This document shows positions 9,053 through 18,298 of a stretch of DNA of 64,000 nt, piece by piece (the first letter of the stretch is position 1; every line of letters starts with the position of its first letter). Source of the stretch: Longimicrobiales bacterium (GTDB lineage: Bacteria; Gemmatimonadota; Gemmatimonadetes; Longimicrobiales; Gaopeijiaceae); NCBI GenBank assembly GCA_965238005.1, contig OZ250165.1, forward strand, positions 4,352,001 through 4,416,000. The letters are read 5' to 3'. Both the position numbers and the translations under genes were made by a program. Below the pieces are notes generated by a model that was not told the DNA's origin, made no database searches, and saw only the letters and a program-made list of their open reading frames with translations.

Positions 9053-9781
9053 ATGAAAGGCACAGCTGCTCTCGTGCTCATGGGGACCGTTGGGGCCCTC
9101 CTTGGCGGGGCTGCCGAGGGCCAAGAGGCCACGCCGCGGATGCAGCCGGGGGCTGCCATGACCCTGTACGCGCCCGAACAGCACGATCTCTACGACGGTC
9201 GCTTCGTTCTCTCCGCTGGCCGCGTACACCAGGTCGGACGTCTCCGGGACGCGCCCGGGTGGGATCACATGGGCAACGACGGGGCAGGCGTGCACCCCGT
9301 CGGTGGCACGGTCGAGATAGACGTGAATGAGATCGACAACACCGGGCGGTTCGTAGCGCGGCTGGAGGTCCCGGAGGGAGATCTCTCCATTGAAATGGAT
9401 CGATTCAACGAATTCAGTCCGTGTCAGGACGGGGGAGTCGCGGCCTTCATCTTCGAGCACGGCGACTCAGGATGCGGTGATACCAACTGGCCCAAGACGC
9501 TTCTGTATGTGGCGGGTTGGGGTTTTGGTCACGCGACCCTGAACGGCGCGACGCTCTATGAGGACTACCAGATACATTTCATGGTGACGCAGGGCATGCG
9601 CGACCGGGAAACTCTAGAGGTGAACTATCCGCTTCTGAACAAGAGCTCCGCGGCGGGCGCCGTGAATCCCGCGGTCATCCAACTCGACTTCTTCATACGC
9701 AGCCCGGAGGGGGACGACAGAAACGACCCCACGCGTGCGGTCTTCGATCACTTCTTCGCAATGGAAGTGACTTGGAGGTAG
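9053..9781 (+). CDS. Secreted hypothetical protein
   Basis: 242 aa; GGAGG RBS; signal peptide ending AEG-Q. Confidence 0.75.
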   Translation: MKGTAALVLMGTVGALLGGAAEGQEATPRMQPGAAMTLYAPEQHDLYDGRFVLSAGRVHQVGRLRDAPGWDHMGNDGAGVHPVGGTVEIDVNEIDNTGRFVARLEVPEGDLSIEMDRFNEFSPCQDGGVAAFIFEHGDSGCGDTNWPKTLLYVAGWGFGHATLNGATLYEDYQIHFMVTQGMRDRETLEVNYPLLNKSSAAGAVNPAVIQLDFFIRSPEGDDRNDPTRAVFDHFFAMEVTWR

Positions 9782-9807
9782 ATACGGCCTCCTTTGAGCT
9801 TCGAGGC

Positions 9808-12237
9808 TCAGGGGTGCTTGTACACCTCCCCGTCCTTCATCACGAAGACGACGCGCCCCAGCGCGGAGATGTCTTCGAGTGGGTTGCCCTGGACCGCGAT
9901 CACGTCAGCCAGCAGTCCCCCGGCCAGGTTTCCCCGATCGGGTAGGTCGAACGCCTCCGCGGCCCGGGTCGTGGCGCTGACGATCGCGTCCTTGGTGGAT
10001 TGGCCCGCGACGACGCGACGCTCGAACTCGATGGCGTTCGTACCCTCCCAGAGCCAGCCACGGTTCGCGTCCGTGCCGAAGACGATCCGGACTCCCTTTT
10101 CGACGGCTTTGGTGAATACCCGGGTGCGCGGCGGTAGGAAGTCGATGGTGAATTGGAGTGCCGCACCGCTGTATCCCATCTGGTCCGCGTGCTCCACGTA
10201 GTACTCGCCGAGGTACAGGTTGGGCGAGTAATACGTGCCCCGCTCGGCCATCAGGTCCAGGGTCGCGTCGTCGAGCAAGGCGCCGTGCTCGATGGTACGG
10301 GCCCCGGCAAGGATCGCCCGTCGGGCACCTGCCGGTGCGTGGGCGTGTGCCGACACCGGCTTTCCGGCGCGCTGCGCTTCGTCCACGAGCCAGTCGAGCT
10401 GCTCCTGTGAGAACACCGGGGCCCCGCCGGACCGGCTGCTCAAGGTGGCCATGACCTTCACCCAGTCGACGCCCTGGGCCACACGGCCCCGTACCATGGC
10501 CCGGATGGTCCGCTCACCGGACGGCTGTTCGTAGGCGGTCCGACTGGCGTCCTCGGCACCCACCAGCTCATCCCAGCCGATCCAGCGGCCGGACACCACC
10601 ATCCGGGGGCCCGGGACCAATCGCTCCTCTATTGCGTCTCGAAGAGCGACGGCGGCGGGGGTCAGGCTGCCCAGGCTGCGAACGGTCGTGAACCCGCTCA
10701 TCAAGACGCTCTCGGCATTACGCGCGCCGTAGAGCGCCTCCTTCGGCTCGCTCGCACCGGGCTCGAAGTTGGCCGTGATGTGCACGTGACCATCGATGAG
10801 TCCCGGCAAGATCGTGTAGCCCGTCAGATCGATGACGCGGTCCCCGGTGGGACGTTGCGTGGATGAGCGTACCGACCGGATCTGATCCCCCCGCACCACG
10901 ATCACCGGATTCTGGACGACATTCCCGTCTCCATCGATCGCCATGTCCGAGAGCAGGACGATCCCCTCCTCCTGACCAGCGGCCGGTGTCGCGAGCGGGA
11001 GGTGCGGTCGCTTGCAGACCTCGCCGTCCTTCATCACGAACACGGACCGGCCCAGCGCTTTGATGTCCTCCAGAGGGTTGCCGTCCACGGCGATGATGTC
11101 TGCGAGCATGCCCTCCTCCAGGTTGCCGACATCATCCATGAACAGAGCTTCCGCGGCCCGAGTCGTCGCACTTACGATCGCGTCCTTGGTGGTCTGGCCC
11201 GCTGCGTGACGGCGCTCGAACTCGAGGGCGGTGGTGCCGGACCAGATCCAACCCGAGTTGGAGTCCGTGCTGAAGACGATCTTCACACCCTTTCGGACCG
11301 CGTTCGAGAATACCTCGGTGCGGATGGAGAGAAACTCCTTCGTGAATCGGATGGCCTCTCCTGAATAACCGAACTCGTCGGCGTGCTCGACGTAGTACTC
11401 ACCCAGGTAGAGGTTGGGCGCGTAGTAGGTCCCCCGCTCCACCATCAGATCCAGGGTCTCGTCGTCCAGCAGAGCGCCGTGCTCGATGGTGCGCGCTCCC
11501 GCCACGATGGCCCGCCGGGCGCCCTCGGGGGCGTGAGCGTGGGCCGAGACCGGCTTGTGCTGCGTCCTCGCCTCGTCCATGGCCCAGTCGAGCTGCTCCT
11601 GCGAGTAGGTCGGAGTACCGCCCTGACGGCTGCTCCGGGTGGCGAAGACCTTGATCCAGTCGACGTCGTCGTCGGAGCGATCCCTTACCCACTCGCGTAT
11701 GGCCCCTTCCCCGGCTGGCCCGTTTCCCTCTGTCAAGCGATCCCCCTCGGCGGCCGCAAGGACGGCGTCGGTCAACCCCTGGCCCGAAACCAACAGCCTC
11801 GGGCCCGGCGCGAGACCCTGGTCGATGGCGTCCCGAAGGGCCGTGGCCACCCCCGTCGGACTTCCAAGGCTGCGCACCGTCGTGAACCCGCTTTCGAACA
11901 ACACTCGCGCGTTGCGCGCCGCGTAGAGGGCCGTCAACGCGCGACCATCGCCCCGGCCGAAGCTCGCTCCGATGTGGGCATGTGCATCGATCATCCCCGG
12001 CAGCAACGTGTATCCCCGCAGGTCGATCACCTCCCCACCCTCTGGGGGAGTGGTCGACGATCGGATCATTCGAATTTGGTTCCCGCGGATCACGATCACG
12101 GGGTTCGGAATCGGGTTCCCGTATCCGTCGATCGCGAGATCCGCGACCAGGACGATATCTCGCCCCTGCCCCCGTGCGGGTGCGGCCCCCAGCACGACGA
12201 CGGCCGTCACAGCCAACAGCATTCGGATCGTTCCCAT
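9808..12237 (-). CDS. Tandem double amidohydrolase (Xaa-Pro dipeptidase-like), secreted
   Basis: Two full domains, each with LPGxIDxHxH, GFTTVRSLG, DWxKV, AHAH, TIEHG, ADxIAVxGNPLEDI..FVMKDG; start overlaps the GMC stop. Confidence 0.85.
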   Translation of the reverse strand: MGTIRMLLAVTAVVVLGAAPARGQGRDIVLVADLAIDGYGNPIPNPVIVIRGNQIRMIRSSTTPPEGGEVIDLRGYTLLPGMIDAHAHIGASFGRGDGRALTALYAARNARVLFESGFTTVRSLGSPTGVATALRDAIDQGLAPGPRLLVSGQGLTDAVLAAAEGDRLTEGNGPAGEGAIREWVRDRSDDDVDWIKVFATRSSRQGGTPTYSQEQLDWAMDEARTQHKPVSAHAHAPEGARRAIVAGARTIEHGALLDDETLDLMVERGTYYAPNLYLGEYYVEHADEFGYSGEAIRFTKEFLSIRTEVFSNAVRKGVKIVFSTDSNSGWIWSGTTALEFERRHAAGQTTKDAIVSATTRAAEALFMDDVGNLEEGMLADIIAVDGNPLEDIKALGRSVFVMKDGEVCKRPHLPLATPAAGQEEGIVLLSDMAIDGDGNVVQNPVIVVRGDQIRSVRSSTQRPTGDRVIDLTGYTILPGLIDGHVHITANFEPGASEPKEALYGARNAESVLMSGFTTVRSLGSLTPAAVALRDAIEERLVPGPRMVVSGRWIGWDELVGAEDASRTAYEQPSGERTIRAMVRGRVAQGVDWVKVMATLSSRSGGAPVFSQEQLDWLVDEAQRAGKPVSAHAHAPAGARRAILAGARTIEHGALLDDATLDLMAERGTYYSPNLYLGEYYVEHADQMGYSGAALQFTIDFLPPRTRVFTKAVEKGVRIVFGTDANRGWLWEGTNAIEFERRVVAGQSTKDAIVSATTRAAEAFDLPDRGNLAGGLLADVIAVQGNPLEDISALGRVVFVMKDGEVYKHP

Positions 12238-13868
12238 CACCCTACTCCTTGCTCCCGTGTAGGCGGGTGGTCGCGGGTGATCTCGGAGGCCGACCGGAGC
12301 GACAGCGCCGAGAAGGTCAGAGTGCCGTTGTTGCACCCGCCGGAAACCAGCGTCGGCGCCCCCACCACGAAGAGGTTCTCGTGATCGTGGCTCCGCCCCC
12401 AGGAGTCGACGACGGACGTGCCCGGGTCCGTGCCCATGCGGCACCCTCCCCCCGGGTGGTCCTGCGTGTCGTCCTCGGAGGTGCCCAGCACGCGGCCCCC
12501 TCCGGCGCGGGCGATGTCTGCGTGGATGCTGCGGATACGCTCCTCCGTGGCGCCGCGCACGCTTCGCGAGACCGGATCGTCCCGAAACTCGAGGCGCGGC
12601 AGCGGATCGTCGAAGCGGTTCGTCGCGGACGGGTCGAGAACGACGCTGCTGTCCCGGTCCGGCAGGACGTCGTAGTACGACCGCATGCGCGCCGTGCCCG
12701 TCTCGGTCCGGGCGCGCCAGTCCGCCATTGCGGCGTCACCGACGAGGAGGTTGCCGCCGCCGCCGCGCAGGCGGGGTCCCCGCTGGGTCGTCGACTCCCA
12801 CACGCGGAAGTCGTGCCGCACATACGGTAGGTCCCCCAGCCCCGGGCCCCCGGAGAGCGTGGGGCGCTGGAAGTACTTGGAGAGGAGCGAGTGCCCGTAG
12901 TTCATCCCCGGGATCAGTCGCATCGGCAGCTCAACGAACGCGCTCACGCTCCGGTGCCCGGTCATGTACCGGCCCAGCGTGCCGGACGAGTTCGCCAACC
13001 CGTCGGGGAAGCGGGGGCTCTGGGACAGCATCAGCAGCCACGGGCTCCACGTGTAGCCCGCCGCCAGCACGAAGGTCCGGGCCCGGAACACGATCTCGGT
13101 GTCCGGCTCGTCGTAGCTCCGCGCCAGCGCGGCGTGGATCCTGTCGCTCTCCTCCTCCAGCTCCAGGCGGCGCACCAGGGTGCGGGGCATCAGGCGGATG
13201 CGCCCGTCCGCCACGAGCTGCTGGAAGGTGAAGTCGGGCGTATACTTGGCGCCGGTGGGGCAGATGTTGCAGGTGTCGCAGCGCTGGCAGACGTTGCGCC
13301 CCCGCCACGGCCGCGTGTTCTTGGCGACCGGGTTCGTCCAGGCCGGGATGCCCGCGTCCCTCACCCAGGCCCGGAGGCGCTCCAAGGTCCAGGTGAGAGG
13401 GACCGCGGGCATGGGGTAGGAGGCCGAGCGGGGATCCAGCGCCTCCGGGCCCTGCTCCCCGGCCACGCCGATCCGCTCCTCCGCTTCCTGGTACCAGGGG
13501 TCCATCTCGTCGTAGTCGATGGGCCAGTCCTGAAAGACGCCGAACGTGGAGCGGATCCGGAAGTCCTCCGGGGAATACCGCGGGACGGTCCCACCCCAGT
13601 GCAGCGCCTGCCCTCCAACGACCATCGACCGCGACATGATCCCGGCCGCCCACTGGTCCTCGATATGGTCGTCCGTCCACGGGTTTTCGTCGTAGTCCAT
13701 GTAGCGGCGGCGCCGCTCGAAGCGCTCCTCCAGCGGCGCGGAGTGCCCCCCGGCCTCGACCACGAGGACGTCCAGGTCCCGCTCCTCCGTGAGCCGCTCG
13801 GCGACCATGGCGGCGCCGATCCCCCCACCGATGACGACGATGTCGGCCTCCTCGATGCGGCGCCTCAC
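12237..13868 (-). CDS. GMC family oxidoreductase (FAD)
   Basis: VIGGGIG, VGGQALHWGG, CQRCDTCNICP, GLANSSGTLGRY, HPGGGCRMG, NGTLT; GTG start overlaps the upstream stop. Confidence 0.9.
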   Translation of the reverse strand: MRRRIEEADIVVIGGGIGAAMVAERLTEERDLDVLVVEAGGHSAPLEERFERRRRYMDYDENPWTDDHIEDQWAAGIMSRSMVVGGQALHWGGTVPRYSPEDFRIRSTFGVFQDWPIDYDEMDPWYQEAEERIGVAGEQGPEALDPRSASYPMPAVPLTWTLERLRAWVRDAGIPAWTNPVAKNTRPWRGRNVCQRCDTCNICPTGAKYTPDFTFQQLVADGRIRLMPRTLVRRLELEEESDRIHAALARSYDEPDTEIVFRARTFVLAAGYTWSPWLLMLSQSPRFPDGLANSSGTLGRYMTGHRSVSAFVELPMRLIPGMNYGHSLLSKYFQRPTLSGGPGLGDLPYVRHDFRVWESTTQRGPRLRGGGGNLLVGDAAMADWRARTETGTARMRSYYDVLPDRDSSVVLDPSATNRFDDPLPRLEFRDDPVSRSVRGATEERIRSIHADIARAGGGRVLGTSEDDTQDHPGGGCRMGTDPGTSVVDSWGRSHDHENLFVVGAPTLVSGGCNNGTLTFSALSLRSASEITRDHPPTREQGVG

Positions 13869-14473
13869 GAGAGGGCCTCCGGCTCGTCGGACGACCGCTC
13901 CAGGTTGCGGCACGTGCGCGGCGAAACGCGCCGCCCGTAGCAAAGGTCCACCGCCTCCGGCGAGTCGAACCAGTGGGCCATGAGCGCCGTGGCCACGTGG
14001 CGGGCACGAAGGGGTGACGGGAGGCCGGTGCCGCGGTCGGCGGCCATCGCCGCGGTGACGAGGTCATGCCGTGCGGGGCCGTCCATCTCGGCGAAGGGCG
14101 CCCCATGGCGCCTGTGCGCCTCCAGATCCAGCGCGTCGAGCTGGGCCCGCCAGCCGGGGGCGGGGTCGGGCGGTCCGTAGCGGATCTCGTGGGTGCCGTA
14201 TCCGTGGTTCAGCTCCGGCACTGCCCTATAGTCCCGCACCCACGCGGCGAAGTCGGCCACCGCCTGCGCCCGCCCGTCGTCGCCGAGCTCCGCCGGCAGG
14301 ACGACCGCCCCCACCGCGTCGAGGAGCGGACCGGCCAGATCACGGCTGGGCTCGGCGGTCTCGCCGGTCTGGGCGGTATCGCTGGGCGGTGTGCCCGGCA
14401 CACACCCGGCGGCAGCCGCGGCGGAGAGAGCCGCGCCGGTGCGCTTGAGGAAGCTACGGCGATCGTGGGTCAT
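13865..14473 (-). CDS. Tat-exported gluconate 2-dehydrogenase subunit 3-like protein
   Basis: DRRSFLK twin-arginine signal; GAPFAEMDGPAR; directly upstream of the GMC gene. Confidence 0.75.
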   Translation of the reverse strand: MTHDRRSFLKRTGAALSAAAAAGCVPGTPPSDTAQTGETAEPSRDLAGPLLDAVGAVVLPAELGDDGRAQAVADFAAWVRDYRAVPELNHGYGTHEIRYGPPDPAPGWRAQLDALDLEAHRRHGAPFAEMDGPARHDLVTAAMAADRGTGLPSPLRARHVATALMAHWFDSPEAVDLCYGRRVSPRTCRNLERSSDEPEALS

Positions 14474-16470
14474 GGGTCGGGCAGCGCGAAGACCACCAGC
14501 GTTCCACCGTCAGCCCCGCCACCCGCGGCGATCGCCACGTACTGACGACCGTCCGACGTCCCGTACGACATCGGGTTGGCGTAGCCGCGGGCGGGCAGCT
14601 CGCCGCGCCACAGCTCCTCTCCGGTGGAGGCGTCGAAGGCCCAGAGCGCGTCGTCCCCTCCCGTAAGGAAGACGAGGCCGCCACGGGTGACGATGGGCCC
14701 TGGCGCTCCGGACACACCGAGTCGATCCGGGAGCGCCACCCCCGCGAGCGCCGGATTCGAGCGCACCCGCTCGTCGTCGCCCACCGGGACCTGCCAGGTG
14801 ATCTCCCCGCGGTTCATGTCGATGGCGGTGAGCGTGCCGTACGGCGGGTCGATGATCGGAATGCCGTCCACACGCGTCCGCCCCCGCTTCTCCCGGTCGA
14901 TGTTCCACTCCGCGACGACCCGCATGGTGTCGGCGGGGCCGAGGACAAACACCGCCGGACTCTCCGTGGACTTCACGTACAGCCAGCCGGTCTCCGGATC
15001 GACCGCCGAGCCGCCCCAGTTTCCCCCGCCGATGATCCCGGGCAGGCCGAGCGTCCCCTCGATCGAGGGCGGCGTGTAGAGCGCCCCGAAGCGCATCCCC
15101 CGGACGAGCTCCCGCGCCTTGCGATTGAGCTCGTCTGTGAGGCTCACAAGATCCGCCTCCATGAACCCCTGCCGCGCGAAGGGCGGCGGCCGGGTGGGGA
15201 AGGGCTGGGTTCGGGCAGCACGCTCGCCGGGCACGTCCGAGGCGGGAACCGGGCGGTCCTTGACGGGCCACACCGGCTCGCCGGTCACGCGGTCAAAGGC
15301 GAACACGAAGCCCGTTTTCGCGCTGATCGCCACCGCGTCGACACTGCGCCCGTCGACCTCCGCCGTGTACAGCACCGGCGCACCGGGCAGGTCGTAGTCC
15401 CAGAGGCCGTGGCGTACGGTCTGGAAGTGCCAGACCCGCTCGCCGGTGCGCGCGTCCAGGCAGAGGAGCGCCTCCGCGAACAAGTTGTCGCCCTTCCGGT
15501 CCCCGCCGTAGTAGTCTCCGCTTGGCGTGCCCATGGGCACATACAGGAGCCCGCGCTCCACGTCCACGGTCATGGGCGCCCACGCGTTGGTGTGGCCCTT
15601 CACACGCCACGACCCGTCCTCCCACGTCTCGTTGCCGAACTCGCCTTCCTGGGGGATCGGGTTGAAGCCCCAGACCTTCCGGCCGGTGTGGACGTCGAAG
15701 GCCTGGATGTCACCCGGGGGGTCGCGGGGGTAGACGAACCCGTCCCACACGCCGTTGCCCACGATCACGAGGTCCCCGAAGACCACCGGCGGGGAGGTCT
15801 GCGTGTAGTGCAGACGGTTCGTCGGCCACAGGAGCGTCTCCGTGAGGTCCACCTCGCCGTGGTGGCCGAAGTCCTCGACGGGCGTGCCGGTCGCCGCGTC
15901 CAGAGCGATGAGGCGCCAGCGGGTGTTGAGGAAGATCCTCCTGCCGTCGGGTCCGGTCCACAGCACGACCCCGCGGTGGACCAGGCCCGTCCCGTTGGGT
16001 GGGCGGCCCCACTCCACGGTGCGCGGATCGTAGGACCAGAGCTCGGCACCGGTGCGTGCATCGAGCGCCACCACGCGGTTGAAGGGCGTGGACAGGTACA
16101 TGGTGTCGCCCACCACGAGCGGTGTGACCTCGAAGTTGCCCGCTCTCACGTCCTGGCCCGGGATGGGGCGGAGCGGCGCGGAGATCGGCACGTCTCCTGT
16201 CTCCCAGCTCCACGCCACCTCCAGCGAGGCCACGTTGCTCCGGTCGATCGACGCGAGCGGCGAGTACTTCGTCCCGTCCGTGTTGCCTCCGTAGGTGGGC
16301 CAGTCGCCCTCGGCCGCTGTCCAGGAGCCGCCACCGTTCGAGCCCGGAGCGCAGGCGAGGGTGAGGAGGCCTCCCGCCACGAGGGCGCCGACCGTACGGA
16401 CGCCGGGCCGGCGTCCCGTGCGATAGCGGCCTTCCAGGGCTGCGTTCAGGCGGGTGATGAGATCGGTCAT
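14470..16470 (-). CDS. PQQ-dependent dehydrogenase (quinoprotein glucose dehydrogenase-like)
   Basis: DWPTYGG..KYSPL, FEVTPL, HRGV, RHGLWDYDLP, PYGTLTAID, ANPMSY..GRQYV; N-terminus chimeric (see findings). Confidence 0.9.
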   Translation of the reverse strand: MTDLITRLNAALEGRYRTGRRPGVRTVGALVAGGLLTLACAPGSNGGGSWTAAEGDWPTYGGNTDGTKYSPLASIDRSNVASLEVAWSWETGDVPISAPLRPIPGQDVRAGNFEVTPLVVGDTMYLSTPFNRVVALDARTGAELWSYDPRTVEWGRPPNGTGLVHRGVVLWTGPDGRRIFLNTRWRLIALDAATGTPVEDFGHHGEVDLTETLLWPTNRLHYTQTSPPVVFGDLVIVGNGVWDGFVYPRDPPGDIQAFDVHTGRKVWGFNPIPQEGEFGNETWEDGSWRVKGHTNAWAPMTVDVERGLLYVPMGTPSGDYYGGDRKGDNLFAEALLCLDARTGERVWHFQTVRHGLWDYDLPGAPVLYTAEVDGRSVDAVAISAKTGFVFAFDRVTGEPVWPVKDRPVPASDVPGERAARTQPFPTRPPPFARQGFMEADLVSLTDELNRKARELVRGMRFGALYTPPSIEGTLGLPGIIGGGNWGGSAVDPETGWLYVKSTESPAVFVLGPADTMRVVAEWNIDREKRGRTRVDGIPIIDPPYGTLTAIDMNRGEITWQVPVGDDERVRSNPALAGVALPDRLGVSGAPGPIVTRGGLVFLTGGDDALWAFDASTGEELWRGELPARGYANPMSYGTSDGRQYVAIAAGGGADGGTLVVFALPDP

Positions 16471-16564
16471 GGGCGCACTCCGGGATCAGACCGAGTCAAC
16501 ATCCCATGGGCACTGGAGGGTGCGCAAGCGGCGGTCGAAAGGGCCGAGGGAGAGGCGGCCGGAG

Positions 16565-17017
16565 TCATACAGCGCAAACCGGGTGGACCAACACCGGATC
16601 CACCGCACTCGCTCGACGTGCCGGGACGTAGCACGCCGCGGCCGTAACGAGTACGAGGATCACAGAGAGTCCAGCGATGAGGCTCGGATCCAGCGCGTTC
16701 ATTCCGTAGAGCAGAGCCTCGAGTACACGGACCGAGGCCAGGACACCCACGAGGCCCACGACGACTCCGAGGCCGACGGCCAACCCGCCGCGGACAACCA
16801 GGGCTCGGATGTCTTCCGTCCGCGCACCCAACGCGATCCGGACCCCGATCTCGTGCGTGCGTTGCGCCACGGTGTATGCGACCACTCCATACAAGCCTAC
16901 GAGGGCGAGCAGGAGCCCGATGGCGGCGAAGATACCGCCGATCAGCATGTGGAAGCGGGGACGCGCGAGTGAGTCATAGATCCGACTGTCCAACGTCGAT
17001 ACGTCGATGGTGGTCAC
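16565..17017 (-). pseudogene. C-terminal fragment of an ADOP/FtsX-type ABC permease
   Basis: LALVGLYGVVAYTVAQRTHEIGVRIALGA...ACYVPARRASAVDP; only ~150 aa. Confidence 0.8.
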
Positions 17018-17043
17018 GAGTCCTGGCGGGCCCCGTCAAGTCC

Positions 17044-17091
17044 TCACTCCCCCCTCAACGCCAGCAGCGGATCCACCTTGCCGGCCCGCCC
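17044..17091 (-). pseudogene. Extreme C-terminus of a second ADOP/FtsX-type permease
   Basis: GRAGKVDPLLALRGE* matches the RAxxVDPxxALRxE terminus. Confidence 0.6.
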
Positions 17092-17106
17092 GAGCGTCGG
17101 TTGGCC

Positions 17107-17431
17107 CTAGGCGCTGAACATCTCTTGGAGGATGGCAAGGACCTTCTTCAAGGTGGTACTGGACAGCCTACCCAATCGGCGGACGAGCCGAGCTCGATCC
17201 ACGGTGCGTAGTTGATCGAGCACGACGTACCCGTCCTTCTTCTTGAATCGGCATGAGATGCGAAACGGGTAGGTGTGTCCTCCTGTCGTCATCGGGGCGA
17301 CCAAAAACCGCTCAGGTGATCGTTGAGTTCGTCCGGAGAGAGAAGGACACACGGGCGTGTCCAGTGTATCTCCCGTCCTGGGGTGGGGCCGAGAGACACG
17401 AGTAGACGTCTCCTCGCCTGGGAGGCGTCAC
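17107..17431 (-). pseudogene. mazF: PemK/MazF toxin with two frameshifts
   Basis: MTPPRRGDVY / LVSLGPTPGREIHWTRPCVLLSPDELN / FLVAPMTTG...DQLRTVDRARL...LQEMFSA* read in three frames. Confidence 0.85.
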
Positions 17432-17679
17432 TCCCAAGTCCAGTCGGTCTCGTCGAACTCGGTCGTTGTCGGCTCGTCGAGCAGTCCGTCATCTCTCCGC
17501 TCATGAAGCAAGCGGGCCGCCTGGTTCCATCCGGCGTGTGGGCATGAGGTTCGCTCGATGAAGATGCCGGGGTCTACGACCCGCAACTCCACCTCTTCCC
17601 CGAGTCCGGCCTGCTCGATAAGCGGTTTCGGGATGCGGATCCCGCGGGACAAGCGTGCAACATCCGTACGTATACTCAC
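17428..17679 (-). CDS. mazE: AbrB/MazE antitoxin, N-terminus degenerate
   Basis: SRGIRIPKPLIEQAGL..EVEL...FDETDWTW; stop overlaps the toxin GTG. Confidence 0.8.
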   Translation of the reverse strand: MSIRTDVARLSRGIRIPKPLIEQAGLGEEVELRVVDPGIFIERTSCPHAGWNQAARLLHERRDDGLLDEPTTTEFDETDWTWE

Positions 17680-17717
17680 GATAAAAAGATACGTATCCCT
17701 CTCTCAGGGACACGGGC

Positions 17718-18053
17718 CTAGGCCTTCAGGTTGAGGACGGTCTCCACTGCCTTGGCCGACCTCCTCCACCGTGCCGTCTCCGTCTCGAGGCGCCTGAGGC
17801 CGACGGGCGTCAGAGCGTAGAACTTGGCACGGCGGCCGGTGTCATTTCGCCCCCACTCGGCCTCGAGACACCCCTCTTTCTCGAGACGGTGAAGCGCCGG
17901 GTACAGCACGCCCTCCTCAACGCGGAGCACCTCCTCCGTGAGCTCCCAGACCCACCTGCTGATCGCGTATCCGTGAAGCGGGCCCCAGGTCAACGACTTG
18001 AGGATGAGGACGTTGAGCGTGCCAGGAATGAGCTTGTCACGTGGTGCGGCCAT
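17718..18053 (-). CDS. PadR family regulator (acidobacterial type)
   Basis: GTLNVLILKSL..GPLHGYAI..VEEGVLYPALHRLE..GRRAKFY. Confidence 0.92.
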   Translation of the reverse strand: MAAPRDKLIPGTLNVLILKSLTWGPLHGYAISRWVWELTEEVLRVEEGVLYPALHRLEKEGCLEAEWGRNDTGRRAKFYALTPVGLRRLETETARWRRSAKAVETVLNLKA

Positions 18054-18070
18054 GCCCGAGTATACCTATG

Positions 18071-18082
18071 TTACATATGTAA
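18071..18082. promoter_or_regulatory. Putative PadR operator
   Basis: Perfect palindrome TTACATATGTAA 17 nt upstream of the padR start. Confidence 0.5.
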
Positions 18083-18091
18083 AGGCAAGTG

Positions 18092-18139
18092 CGGTGAGTG
18101 GACTAGACAGTGAGTGGACTGGACGGTGAGTGGACTGGC
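18092..18139. repeat. 3 x 16-bp tandem repeat
   Basis: cggtgagtggactaga / cagtgagtggactgga / cggtgagtggactggc. Confidence 0.8.
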
Positions 18140-18298
18140 GAACCGTGCGTTCGCGGGTTTCGCCTTGTTGACCTCTCTGCTCCTCCCCCTCACGTTATCC
18201 CGACCCGTGAAGGGGCTGTTGGCATGGTATCCTTGGCTCGTCTGGAGCCGGTGAGATAGTCACCGACGCGGCTCCCTGACGATCGGACATCCACCGCG

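Noticed and set aside
18092..18139. CRISPR array
   Set aside because: 16-bp units abut with no spacers; no cas genes.
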